Shown: positions 15,201-27,350 of the stretch, one piece after another
Layout of the letters: each line of letters starts with the position of its first letter
Position numbering within the stretch: the stretch's first letter is position 1
NCBI RefSeq assembly: GCF_009914755.1
Contig: NC_060940.1
Strand: one strand, 5' to 3'
From: the human T2T-CHM13v2.0 reference genome, Homo sapiens
DNA length: 64,000 nt
Notes under the pieces: generated by a model
Told to the model about the DNA's origin: nothing
The model's database searches: none
What the model saw: only the letters and a program-made list of their open reading frames with translations
Position numbers and translations under genes: made by a program

Positions 15201-18200
15201 TAGAAACACTGTTTTTGTCCATTCTGCGAATGGAGATTTTTAAGTGCATTGAGGTCTATGGTGAAAAAGAAAATAGCTTTTGATAAAAATTAGAAAGAAG
15301 GTTTCTGAAAAACTGATATTTGATGTGTGCATTCACTTCATATAGTTAAACCTTTCTTTGTATTCAGCAGTTTGAAAACACTGTTTTTGTAGAATCTACG
15401 AAGGGATATTTGGGAGTGCATTGAGGTCTATGGTGAAAATGAAAATATCTTCAGATAAAAAATAGAAAGAAGGTTTCTGATAACCTGCTTTGTGATGTGT
15501 GCATTCATCTCACAGACTTAAAACTTTCTTTTGTTTCTGCAGTTTGGAAACACTGTTTTTGTTCATTCTGCAACTGGACATTTCAGAGTTCATTGAGGCC
15601 AAAGGTGAAAAAGCATATATCCCAGCATAAAAGCTAGAAGAAAGCTATCTGAGAAACTGCTTTGTGATGTGTGCATTCATCTCACAGTGTTAAACTTTTG
15701 TTTGAATCAGCATAATGGAAACAATGCTTTTGTCCATTGTGCGAATGGATTTTTGGGAGCTCTTTGAGGCCATTGGTGGAAAAGTGACTATCCCAAGAGA
15801 AAAACTAAAAGGAAACTATCTGAGAAACCGCTTTGTGATTTTTGCATTCATCTCACAGAATTAAGCCTTTCTCTTGATTCAGCAGTTTGGAAACATTGTT
15901 TTTTGCACGATCTGTGTATGGACATTTTGTAGTGCATTGAGGCCTATGGTGTAAAAGAAAATATCTTCTGATAAAAAATAGAAATAAGCTTTCTGAGAAA
16001 CTGCTTTTTGATGTATGCATTCATCTCACAGATTTAAACTTTTTTTTTTTGTTTCAGCAGTCTGGAAACACTGTTTTTGTCCAGTCTGCAAATGGACATT
16101 TGGGAGCTCATTAAGATCAAAGGTGAAAAAGTGAATATCCCAGGATAAAAACTAGAAGGAGACTATCTGAGAAGCTGCTTTGTGATGTGCACATTCATCT
16201 CATGTTGTTAAACCTTTTTTTTTTTTCATTCAGCAGTTTGGAAACACAGTTTTTGTACAATCTCCAAATGCATATTTCAGAGCTCACTGAGGAAAATGGC
16301 AAAAAAGCCAATATCCCAAAATATAAAGTAGAAGGAAGCTATCTGAGAAACCACTTTGTGATATGGGCATTCATTTCACCCAGTTAAAACTTTCTTTTGA
16401 TTGAAGAGTTTGGAAACACTGTTATTGTACATTCTGCGATTGGACATTTCAGAGTGCATTGAGGCATATTGTGAAAAACAAATATCTACTGATAAAAAGT
16501 AGAATGAAGCTTTCTGAGAAACTGCTTTGTGATGTGTTCATTCAACTCACATAGTTAAAACTTTCTTATTATTCAGCAGTTTGCAAACACACCTTTGCAG
16601 AATCTGAGAAATGATATTTGGGAGTGCATTCAGGCTTACAGTGAAAAAGAAAATATCTTCAGATGAAATCTAGAAGGAAGCTTTGAGAAGTTGCTTTGTG
16701 ATGTGTGCATTCATCTCACAGAGTTAAACCATTCTTTTGTTTCAACAGTTTAGAAACACTGTTTTTGTCCATTTTGTAAATGGACGTTTGGGAGCTTATT
16801 GAGGCCAATGGCAGAAAAGGGAATATCCCAGGATAAAAACTAGAAGGAAGCTATCTGGTAAACCGCTTTGTGATGTGGGCATTCATCTCAAAGAGTTAAA
16901 CGTTTCTTTTGATTCAACAGTTTGGAAACACACCTTTTGTCCATTCTGCTAATGGCCTTTTCAGAGTGCATTCAGACCTATGGTGAAAAAGAAAATATCT
17001 TCAGATAAAAACAAGAAAGAAGCTTTCTGAGAAACTGCTTTGTGATGTGTGCATTCATCTCACAGAGTTGAACATTTCCTTTGATACAGCAGATAGGAAA
17101 CACTGTTTTTGTCCATTCTGCGAAATGACATTTGGGAGCTCTTTGAGCCCAAAGGCAAAAAAGGAAATATCCCAGGATAAAAACTAGAAGGAAGATATCT
17201 GAGACACTGTTTTGTGATATGTGCATTCATCTTGCAGAGTTAAAACTTTCTTTTCATTCAGCAGTTTGGAAACACTGTTTTTTTTGAATTTGTGAAGGGA
17301 TACTTGAGAGCGCATTGAGACCTATGGTAACAAACAAAATAACTTTAGATAAAATGTAGAAAGAAGCTTTCTGAGAAAGTGCTTTGTGATGTGTACATTC
17401 ATCTCACAGAGTTAAAACTTTCTTTTGATTCAAGAGTTTGGAAACACTGTTTTTTTTTATTGTTATTTTGCAAATAGTCCTTTTGGAATTCATTGATGCC
17501 AGTGGTGAAAAAGGGAATATCCCAGGATAAAAACTGGAAGGAATCAATCTGAAAAAATTGCTTTGTGATGTGTGGATTCATCTCACAGAGTTAAAACTTT
17601 GTTTTCATTTGGTAGTTTGAAACTCTGTTTTTGTAGAATCTGCAAAGGGATATTTGGGAGCGTATTGAGGTCCATGGTGAAAAAGAAAATAACTTCAGAT
17701 AAAAACTAGAAAGAAGCTTTCTGTGAAACTGCTTTGTGATGTGTGCATTCATCTCACAGAGTTGAACCTTTCATTTGATTCAGCAGTTTGGAAACGTTGT
17801 TTTTTTCCATTCTGCAAATGGACATTTGGGAGCTGATTGAGGCAAATGGTGAAAAGGGAATATTGCAGTGTAAAAAATAGAAGGAAGCTATCTGAGAAAC
17901 GGCTTTGTGATGTGTGCATCCATCTCACAGAGTTAAACCTTTCTTTTTCATTGAGTAGTTTGGAAACACTGTTGTCCTGGAATCTTCCAAGGGATATTGG
18001 GGGGCATTGAGACCTATGGTGAAAAAGAAAATATCTTCAGATAAAAAATGGAAAGAAGCTTTCCGAGAAACTGCTTTGTGATATGTGAATTCATCTCACA
18101 GAGTTAAACCTTTCTTTTGATTCAGCAGTTTGTAAACACTCTGAATGGACATTTTGGAGCTCATTGAGGCCAATGGCTAAAAAGTGAATGCCCAGGATAA

Positions 18201-18985
18201 AAAGTAGAAGGAAGCTATCTGATAAACCGCTTTGTTATGTGTGCAATCATCTCACAGAGTTAAACCTTTCTTTTGATTCAGCAGTTTGGAAACACCGCTT
18301 TTGTCCATTCTGCAAAAGGACATTTGGGAGCTCCTTGTGGCCAAAGGTGAAAAAGCAAATACCCCAGGATTAAAACTAGAAGGAAGATATCTAAGAAAAT
18401 TCTTTGTGATGTGTGCATTCATCTCACAGAGTTAAACCTTCCTTTTCATTCAGCAGTTTGGAAACACTGTTCTTGTAGAATCTGCAAAAGGATATTTGGC
18501 AGCGCTTTGGGGCCTATGGTGGAAAATAAAATATCTTCAGATAAAAACTAGAAAAAAGCTTTCTGAGAAACTGGTTTGTGATGCTTGCATTCATCTCACA
18601 GAGTTAATCCCTTCTTTTGATTCAGCAGTTTGGAAACACTGTTTTTGTCCTTTCTACAGATGGACAATTTAGAGCTCATTGAGGCCAATGGCGAAAAAGT
18701 GAATATCCCAGGATAAAAACCAGAAGGAAGCTATCTGATAAACCACTGTGTTATGTGTGCAATCATCTCGCACTGTTAAACCTTTCTTTTGATTAAGTAG
18801 TTTGGAAAAACTGTTTTTTCATTTCTGCAAATCGACATTTGGGAGCTCTTGGAGGCCAATTGAGGAAAAGCGAATATCCCAGGATAAAAACTGAAAGAAA
18901 GGCATGTGAGAAACTGCTTTGTGATGTATGCATTCATCTCGCAGAGTTATACCTTTCTCTTCATTCAACAGTTTGAAAACACAGT
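12200..18985 (+). repeat. Alpha satellite, distinct layer with two largely alternating monomer types (dimer-like)
   Basis: Switch to GTGCATTCAT / CTGAGAAACTG / CAGTTTGGAAACACTG. Type X has TGTCCATTCTG..GAGCTCATTGAGGCCAATGG..TATCCCAGG..GAAGGAAGCTATC; type Y has TGTAGAATCTG..GAGTGCATTGAGGCCTATGG..TATCTTCAG..AAAGAAGCTTTC. Left boundary approximate. Confidence 0.9.
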
Positions 18986-19454
18986 TCACAGATAGCTTCT
19001 TTCTAGTTTTTACCTTGCGATTTTCTCTTTGTCACCATTGGCCTCAATGAGCTCCCAAATATCCCTTCATAGATTCTACAAAAACAGTGTTTTCAAACTG
19101 CTGAATACAAAGAAAGGTTTAACTATATGAAGTGAATGCACACATCAAATATCAGTTTCTCAGAAACCTTCTTTCTAATTTTTATCAAAAGCTATTTTCT
19201 TTTTCACCATAGACCTCAATGCACTTAAAAATCTCCATTCGCAGAATGGACAAAAACAGTGTTTCTAAACTGCTGAATCAAAAGAAAGGTTTAACTCAGT
19301 GAGATGTATGCACACAAAATAAAGAAGTTTCTCAGAGGGCTTCTTTCTAGTTTTTATCTGATGGTATTTTCTTTTTCACCATATGCCTCAATTCGTTCCC
19401 AAATATCCCTTCAGAGATTCCACAATTACAGGGATTCCAAACTGCTGAATGAAA
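18986..19454 (-). repeat. Inverted alpha-satellite block; ~19051-19454 is a near-identical reverse complement of ~15017-15415
   Basis: Direct comparison shows shared private variants (GGAATCCCTGTAATTGTGGAATCTCTGAAG, CTTCTTTATTTTGTGTGCATACATC) and only a handful of differences. The ORF track has the same peptide MYAHKIKKFLR at 14778-15164(-) and 19304-19549(+). Confidence 0.93.
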
Positions 19455-19455
19455 C

Positions 19456-20371
19456 TTTTCCCCACCTTTGTGGTTTTATCTACTTTTGGTCTTTGATGAT
19501 GGTGATGTACAGATGTGTTTTTGGTGTGGATGTCCTTTCTGTTTGTTAGTTTTCCTTCTAACAGAGAGGACCCTCAGCTGCAGGTCTGTTGGAATACCCT
19601 GCTGTGTGAGGTGTCAGTGTGCCCCTGCTGGGGGGTGCCTCCCAGTTAGGCTGCTCGGGGGTCAGGGGTCAGGCACCCACTTGAGGAGGCAGTCTGCACC
19701 TTCTCAGATCTCCAGCTGCATACTGGGAGAACCACTGCTCTCTTCAAAGCTGTCAGACAGGGACATTTAATTCTGCAGAGGTTACTGCTGTCTTTTTGTT
19801 TGTCTGTGCCCTGCCCCCAGAGGTGGAGCCTACAGAGGCAGGCAGGCCTCCTTGAGCTGTGGTGGGCTCCACCCAGTTGGAGCTTCCCAGCTGCTTTGTT
19901 TACCTAAGCAAGCCTGGGCAATGGCGGACGCCCCTCCCCGAGCCTCGCTGCCGCCTTGCAGTTTGATCTCAGACTGCTGTGCTAGCAATCAGTGAGACTC
20001 CGTGGGAGTAGGACCCTCCGAGCCAGGTGCGGGATATAATGTCGTGGTGCGCTGTTTTTTAAGCCAGTCCGAAAAGCGCAATATTCGGGTGGGAGTGACC
20101 CGGTTTTCCAGGTGCGTCCGTCACCCCTTTCTTTGACTTGGAAAGGGAGCTCCCTGACCCCTTGCACTTCCCAAGTGAGGCAGTGCCTCGCCCTGCTTCG
20201 GCTTGTGCATGGTGCGCTCACCCACTGACCTGTGCCCACTGTCTGGCACTCCCTAGTGAGATGAACCTGGTACCTCAGATGGAAATGCAGAAATCACCCG
20301 TCTTCTGCATCGCTCACGCTGGAAGCTGTAGACCGGAGCTGTTCTTATTCGGCTATCTTGGCTCCTCCCCC
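19456..20371 (-). mobile_element. Isolated full 5'UTR of a young L1 (L1PA2/late L1PA3-like), cut at the ORF1 start
   Basis: The reverse complement begins GGGGGAGGAGCCAAGATAGCCGAATAAGAACAGCTCCGGTCTACAG and ends CCACAAAGGTGGGGAAAA (ORF1 start, ATG mutated). About 915 bp, CpG-rich, with no ORF1/ORF2 body, poly-A or TSD. Confidence 0.95.
19921..19995 (+). pseudogene. L1 ORF0 remnant truncated by CGA>TGA
   Basis: MADAPPRASLPPCSLISDCCASNQ* versus recalled ORF0 MAGAPPPASLPPCSLISDCCASNQRD...; the ORF0 donor-like sites CAG|GTGCGG (~20027) and CAG|GTGCGT (~20112) are retained. Confidence 0.8.
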
Positions 20372-22663
20372 GATTCAGCAGTTTTTAAAGACTATTTGAA
20401 TAAAATCTGCAAAGGGACATTTGTGGGCTCATTGAGGCTTATGGTGAAAAAGCAAATATCACAAAATAAAAACTGAAAAGAAGCTATCTGTGAAACTGCT
20501 TTGTGATGTGTGGATTCATCACACAGAGTTAAACTTTTCTGTTAATTCTGGAGATTGGAAACACTTTTTTTGTTGTTTAAATCTATGAATTGACATTTGG
20601 GAGCACATTGAGGCCTATAGTGAGGAAGCAAATATCCCCAGATAAAAACTAGAAAGAAGCCACCAGCTAACCTGATTTGTGACATGTGGATTCATCTCAG
20701 AGAGTTAAAATTTTCTTTTGATTAAGTAGTTTTGAAACACTGTTGTTTCAGAGTCCGTGAGAAAACATCTGGGAGCTCTTTGAGGCCTATGGTGAGAAAG
20801 CAAATATCCCAAGATAAAAACTAGACAGAAGTTGTCTTTGAAACCGCTTTGTGATGTGTGGATTCTTCTTACAGAACTAAACTTTTCTTTTCATTCAGCA
20901 GGTTGGAAACAGTCCTTTTTTAGTATCTGTGAAGGGATGTGTGGAGTCCATTGAGGCCTATGGTGACAAACTGAATATCCCCAGATAAGAAGTAGAAAGA
21001 AGCTATTTGTGAAACTGTTTTGTGATGTGTGGATTCATCTCACAGAGTTAAATCTTTCTTTTGATACAGCTGTTTGGAAAAACTTTTTTTAGAATCTGCA
21101 AAAAGATATCTAGGAGTGCAATGAGGCCTATAGTGAAAAAGCAAATATCCCCAGACAAAAACTAGAAAGAAGCTATCTGTGAAACTGCTTTCTGATGTGT
21201 GGACTCATTTCTCAGAGTTAAACCTTTCTTTTGATTCAGCTGTTTGGAAACACTGTTTTTGTGGGATCTGTGAAGGGATATTTGGGAGCCCATTGAGGCC
21301 AATAGGGAAAAACCAAATATCCACAGATATAAACTAGAAAGAAGCTATCTGTGAAAGTGCTTTGTCTGTGTGGATTCACGTCTCAGAGGTAAACCTTTCT
21401 TTGGATTCTACAGATTGACAACAGTCTTTGTGGACAGTCTGCGAAGAAACATTTAAGAGCCCATTGAGGCCAATGAAGAAAAACTGAATATCCGCAGATA
21501 AAAACTACAAAAAAAATCTGTGAAACTACTCGATTATGTGTGGATTCATCTCAGAGTTTAACCTTTCTTTAGTTTCAGCAAGTTGGAAGCACTCTTTTTG
21601 TAAAATCTGTGAACGGACATTTGGCAGCCCATTGAGGCCAATGGGGAAAAACCGAATATCCCAGTTAAAAACTAGCAGGAATCCATCTGTGAAACTGCTT
21701 TGTGATGTGTCAATTAATCTTCCAGAGTTAAATGTTTCTTTTGATTTAGCAGTTTGGAAACCGTATTTTGGAGAATCTGCAAAGGTACATTTTGTAGCCC
21801 ATTGAGCCCTATTGGGAAAACCAGATATCACCAGGAAAAAAACTAGAAAGAAGCTGTGAAACTGCTTTGTGATGTGTGGATGCATCTCACTGAATTAAAC
21901 CTTTCTTTTGACCCAGCAGGGTGAAAACACTCTGTTTGCAGAATCTGAGAAGGGACATTTGGGAACCCACTTAGGCCTATGGGGAAAAACTCAATATCCA
22001 CAGGTAAAACTTAGAAAGAACCTATTTGTGAAACTGCTTTCAGATGTGTGGATGCATCTCACGGAGTTAAACCTTTCTTTTGATCCAGCAGGTTGAAAAC
22101 ACTCTTTTTGCAGAATCTGAGAAGGGACATTTCGGAACCCACTGAGGCCTATGGGAAAAATCTCAATATCCGCAGGTAAAACTTAGAAAGAACCTATTTG
22201 TGAAACTGCTTTCAGATGTGTGGATTCATCTCACAGAGATAAAACTTTCTTTTGATTCAGCAGGTTGGAAACACACTTTTTGGAGAATCTGCATAGGAAT
22301 GTTTTGGAGCACATTGAGGCCTATGTGGCAAAACCTAATATGCACACATAAAACTGAGAAGAAGCTATCTGTGAAACAGCTTTGTGATGTGTGGATTCAT
22401 CTCACAGAGTGAAACATTTCATTTGATTCAGCAGGTTGGAAATGCTCTTGTTGTAGAGTCTGCGAAAAGACATAAGGGAGCACATTTTCTTCTTTGAAGA
22501 AAAATCGAATATCCACAGATAAAAACTAGAAAGAAGCTATCTGAGAAACTGCTTTGTAATAAGTGAGTTAATCTCACAGAGTTAAACCTGTCTTCAGATT
22601 CAGCAGGCTGGAAACAATCTATTTGGTGAATCTGCAAATTTACGTTTGGGAGCCCATTGAGGG
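20372..22663 (+). repeat. Monomeric alpha satellite, old layer; terminal block of the array
   Basis: GTGGATTCAT/CTGTGAAACTG-type monomers that end abruptly after CCCATTGAGG at ~22662. Confidence 0.95.
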
Positions 22664-22818
22664 TTATCTACTAATAGGTATAATTAATATTAATTCTAAT
22701 AAGATCCCAGTTATGCTCCCAAAGTAATGCTTTATAACAAGCATCAGTCCTATGTTTTAAAAAAAGAAAAGAAAAGAAAAAAAACATGATCTGAAGTCTG
22801 CACACAAGTGTACATCAC

Positions 22819-22938
22819 TTTTTTTGAAGGTAGAGTCTTGATGTTTCCCAAGCTGGCCTCAAACTTCTGGAATCCTCAAGTGATCCTCCTGCCTCAGCCT
22901 TCCAAGTAGTTGGGAATACAGGCATGCATCACTGTGCC
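22819..22938 (-). mobile_element. Alu monomer (FLAM-like)
   Basis: Poly-T followed by a single Alu arm (TGATCCTCCTGCCTCAGCCTTCCAAGTAG). Confidence 0.75.
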
Positions 22939-24039
22939 TTCTTATGCATTTAATACTCTATACAATTATTATTGATTTAAAATGCATTTTACCTTTTTCT
23001 TTAATAGATTCTGGGAGTTCTAATGAACCTGCAGTCAGGTAGGATTTTACAGATTTAAAAACTATCTTAACTAAGGAAATATAGATGGAAGAGGTTAATA
23101 TCTGTTGTGTTGTATTCTGGGCTAAACCCCTATTATGTGCTATGCATTTGTCATCCCATAAAGCCATTGCAACATCTGTGTTCTTATAACCTACTGTTTA
23201 TTACATAGACAACTGTGGTTTAGAGGTTGATTAATTGGCTCATGATCCCGTAGTTAACAAAGTAGCTGACCCACAGTTAAACCATCAGCCTGTCTGGCTT
23301 CCAGATCCCTTATCTTGCTCCTCAACATAGATTGATAGAGATGTGTGCAGCACTTGGATCAAGGTATATGTCTGGATCAGATTAATTTAGACAGTCAAAT
23401 CTAGTTATATGTTAACTCTCATTTAAGGTTATTGTTAGAAATGTTATTAGTCCAAGAGTTTCTCCTAATAAATTTGACAATTTCAGTGGTAGCCAATATC
23501 TTATTTTACCATCAAAGGCTTTAGGGCAAAGTAAAGGTTTGGCCATATGATTATAATTTTACAAAAGCAAGATTAGACAAGTCTTAGAAATTATTTGACT
23601 TCCCAGTTTGGTTTTCCCTTTAGGCTAGTATTTCTGCTTACTTCCATAATACTTTTTTTTGGACTTTTTTCTTTTTCCATGACATTTCTATAATCCTGTC
23701 TTGATGTTTTAAAACTTCCTTCTCTGCTTTTCTTCGTGTTTCTTTTGTCATATTATTTCTTCAAAATCTGCCAACTGTGTATTCCCAATTTTCTTGTAGA
23801 CAGAATCAAAAGCACATAGAATTATAGAATTTTAAGGAATCACAGGAACAATTAAAATAACCTCTAGTACTTCAACCTGTGTTAAACCTTCTGGTCAAGT
23901 GTTTCTCTAGATAGAGAACATGAGACTCAAAGAGATTAGGATAGTTTTTTTTATATATATAGGAAGTGGCAGAAAGGAGATTTCAACTCATTTTAAAGCT
24001 CAGTACTTGTCTTTCTTTTTTTTTAGCCTATTGGCATGT

Positions 24040-24347
24040 TTTTCTGTTTGTTTTTTGTTTCATTTTGTTTTTTTGAGACGAGCCTCACTCTGCTGCCAAG
24101 GCTGGAGTGCAGTGGCACAATCTTGGCTCAATGCAACCTCTGCCACCCGAGTTCAAGCAATTCTCCTGCCTCAGCCTCCTGAGTAGCTGGGATTACATGC
24201 ACTTGCCACAACATCCAGGTAACATTTGCACTTTAAGTAGAGATGGGGTTTCAGCATCTTGGGCATGCTGGCCTTGAACTCCAGACCTCGATCCACTCAT
24301 CTCCACCACCCAAAGTGCTGGGATCACAGGCATAGCCATGATGCCTC
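24040..24347 (-). mobile_element. Alu (AluS-like)
   Basis: Dimeric Alu in reverse with a T-rich tail. Confidence 0.9.
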
Positions 24348-24404
24348 ATTTGGCATGTGTTTTAATAATACAAAGCAGGGCGGGGCACAGTGGCTCACAA
24401 CTGT

Positions 24405-27350
24405 ATGTCCTCATTTGCATGAGCTAAGTTTTTCATAGCAATCAAAAGCAAAGCTAGTTCAGGTATTTGCAATTTTCCTTAATGTCATCAAGCCCAGGAT
24501 TTGAGAGCCATTTTCATTGGCCCTAGATGACCTGTTCATATGTGTCTTCATTGTGCCCAGCTCAGAGCTTCAAAGCTGTCTTCATCCAGGCCTGCAAAGG
24601 TGTTCACAGTGGTCCTCATCTAAGCCAGCCAAGTTGTTCTCTTCTCATCCACATGAGAGCCAGCCCAGATGTCCATAGCCGTCCTCAACGAGGCCAGCCA
24701 GTTAATTCACACTCATGCTTATTGGGGCCATCCACCTTCATAGAGGCCATCCCAGGTATTTACAGCCATCCTCACTAAAGCCAGCCCATGTGTCCACAGC
24801 TGTCCTCAGTGGGCATAGCCTGGGTGTTCATAGTTTTCCTCATTGGACTTAATACAGGTGTTCTGAGCAATTCCCATGGTCCCAGGCCAAGTGTTGACAG
24901 GTGTCCTCAATGGGGACAGCCCAGATGTTCACCGTTGTCTTAATTAAGCCAAGTGCAGATGCCCATAGCTGCCTCACAGGGCTCAGCCAAAATGAACAAG
25001 GCTGTTCTCCTGAGCCCACGCCAGGTATTTACAGCTTTCTGCATTGGGGTCAGCCCAGGTGTTGGTAGCCATACATTCTGGGTGAATCGCAGTTATTCCA
25101 AGCGGTTTCCTTGGGCCCAGCCCAGGTGTCTACAGCCATCCTCATTGGTCCAGCACAGGTGTTCAGAGCTATCCTCCTTGGCCCCAGGCCAGATGTTGAC
25201 ACTCGATCTGACTGGTCCCAGACCAGGTCTGCAAAAGCTGTCTTAACTGGGAGCAGCCCATGCTTTCACAGTGGTCTTCACTGGTGTCAGCCAGGTTTCT
25301 CAGAACTGTCACTTGGCCAAACATTGGTGTACATTGCCATCCCCATGGAGCACAGCTCAGGTATCCATAGCCGTCCTCACTGGGGCCAGCTGAGGTGTTC
25401 CCAGCCAGTCTCATTTGTCTCAGTGCAGGGGTTCACAGCTGTCCTTATTGGCTAAGCCCAGTTGTTCCTTGCAATCATTACATGAGCAAGACCAGGTGTT
25501 CATGGCTGTTCTAATTGGGGGCGAGCCCAGGAGTTAATAGTGCTCCTCATCTGGGCCAGCCCAGGCATTCACAGCCATCTTCATCATGATCAGTTTCAAA
25601 GCTGTCCTCCTGAGTCCAGCCTGGTTGTTCACTGCTGTTTTTACTGGGCCCAGCCCGGGTTTTCCCAGCTTTCCTCACTTTGGCTAGCACAAGTGTTCAC
25701 AGCTTTCCTCATTAGGCCCAGGCCATGTGCTCATAGCCATCTTCATCAGGCAAAGCCAAGGTGTTCACAGCCATTTTTTCTGGGTCCAGCCGAAGTCGCC
25801 CTCACTTGGGCCCAGCCCAGGTGTTAATAGTCGTCATCAGTGGGATTAACCCAGTTGTTCACAGTGTCTTTCTTGGGCTGAGTTTAAGTGTCGAGAGCCA
25901 TTCATCTTGGGCCCAGCCAGCTGTTCATAGGAATCCTCATGGGGGCAGGCCCAAGTGCTCACAGTGGCTCTCACTGAAACCAGGGCAGGTGTTTTTGTCT
26001 GTGTTCATTGGGTCCAGCCTAGACATTCATAGCTGTGCTCAAGGTGACCAGCCACGATCTTGACAGCTGTCTTCAGGACAGTCGTCCCTGGTGCCACAGC
26101 TGTCCTTATTGGCTTAGCCCAAGTGTTCTCAGCTGTTCTCGTTGGAGCCAGGCCAGGTGTTCACAGCTGTCCTTACTGGCCCAGCCCAGGTTTCTGCAGC
26201 CACCCTCACTGGGCTCAGCTCAGGGCTTCACAGCTGTTTACTTTGGGCTGAGCCCAAACACTCCAAGCTGTCCTTAGAGGGCCCAGCCAAGGTGTTCACA
26301 GCTGTCCTCATTGGTAGCTAGCCTAGGTGTTAGTCCTTGTCCTCAGTGGGCCCAGACCAGTGTTCACAGACATCCTCATTGGGCCAGCCCAGGAGTTCAA
26401 TGCTGACCTTGCTGGGTCCTGCCTAGCTCTTCATAGCTGTCCTCACTGGGCCCAGGCCAGGTGTTCACAGCCACACCATCAATGTCAGCCCAGGGGTTCA
26501 CAGCCTTTCTCGTTTGTATGAACTCAGTTTATTATAGCAACAGTTTTTGATGGCTGTCAATATCAAGGCAAGCCCAGGAGTTCACGGTTCCCTTCAGTAA
26601 CATTAAGTCCAAGATTAAGACCATTTGCCCTGGCCCCAGGCCACCTGTTCATAGCTGTCTTCATTGTTTCCAGCCCAGAACTTCCCAGCTGTCTTCATCC
26701 AGGCCTGCACCAGTGTTCACAGTGGTCCTCATCTAAGCCAGCCAAGGAGGTCTCTGTCATCCATGTGACAGCCAGCCCTATGTCCCTAGCCATCCTCATC
26801 AAGGCCAGCCGGTTTGATGACATGTGTGCTAATTGGGGCCAGCCACCCTCATAGAGGCCATCCCAGGTATTGACAACCATCCACACTGGGCCCAGCCCAG
26901 GGGTCCACACCTGTCCCCTTTGAGCTTAACCTTGGTGTTCATGGCTTTTGTCACAGGACTTCTGCCAGTTGTTTCCAGCAGTTTCCGTGGTCCCAGGCAA
27001 GGGCTTCACAGACGTCCTCAATGGGGACAGCCCGTCTGTTCACCGTTGTCTTAATTAGGCCTGGTGCAGACGTTCACAGCTGTCCTTCTTCGGCTCAGCC
27101 AAAATGAACAAAACTCCTGAGCACACACCAGCGGTTTCTAGCTGTCCACGTTGGGGTCAGCCCAGTTGTTCATAGCCCTATATTCTGGGTCCATCCCAGT
27201 TATTCCAAGCTGTACTTTTGGGCCTAGCCCAGGTGTCCACAGCCATCCTCCTTGGTCACTGCACAGGTGTTCACAGCTATCTTCCTTGGCCCTAGGCCAG
27301 ATGTTCACATTTGATCTCACTGGGCCCAGACCAGCTATGCCAAGTTTTTG
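24405..27350. repeat. Degenerate ~34-bp pericentromeric satellite (HSAT4/HSAT5-like; family name uncertain)
   Basis: Recurrent unit approximately GGGCCCAGCCCAGGTGTTCACAGCTGTCCTCATT, with measured units of 33-34 bp. An internal block is repeated at ~2.11 kb offset. Confidence 0.85.

Noticed and set aside
24405-27350. CRISPR-like ~34-bp periodicity and overlapping ORFs
   Set aside because: Units are contiguous and degenerate with no unique spacers, there are no cas genes, and the context is primate.
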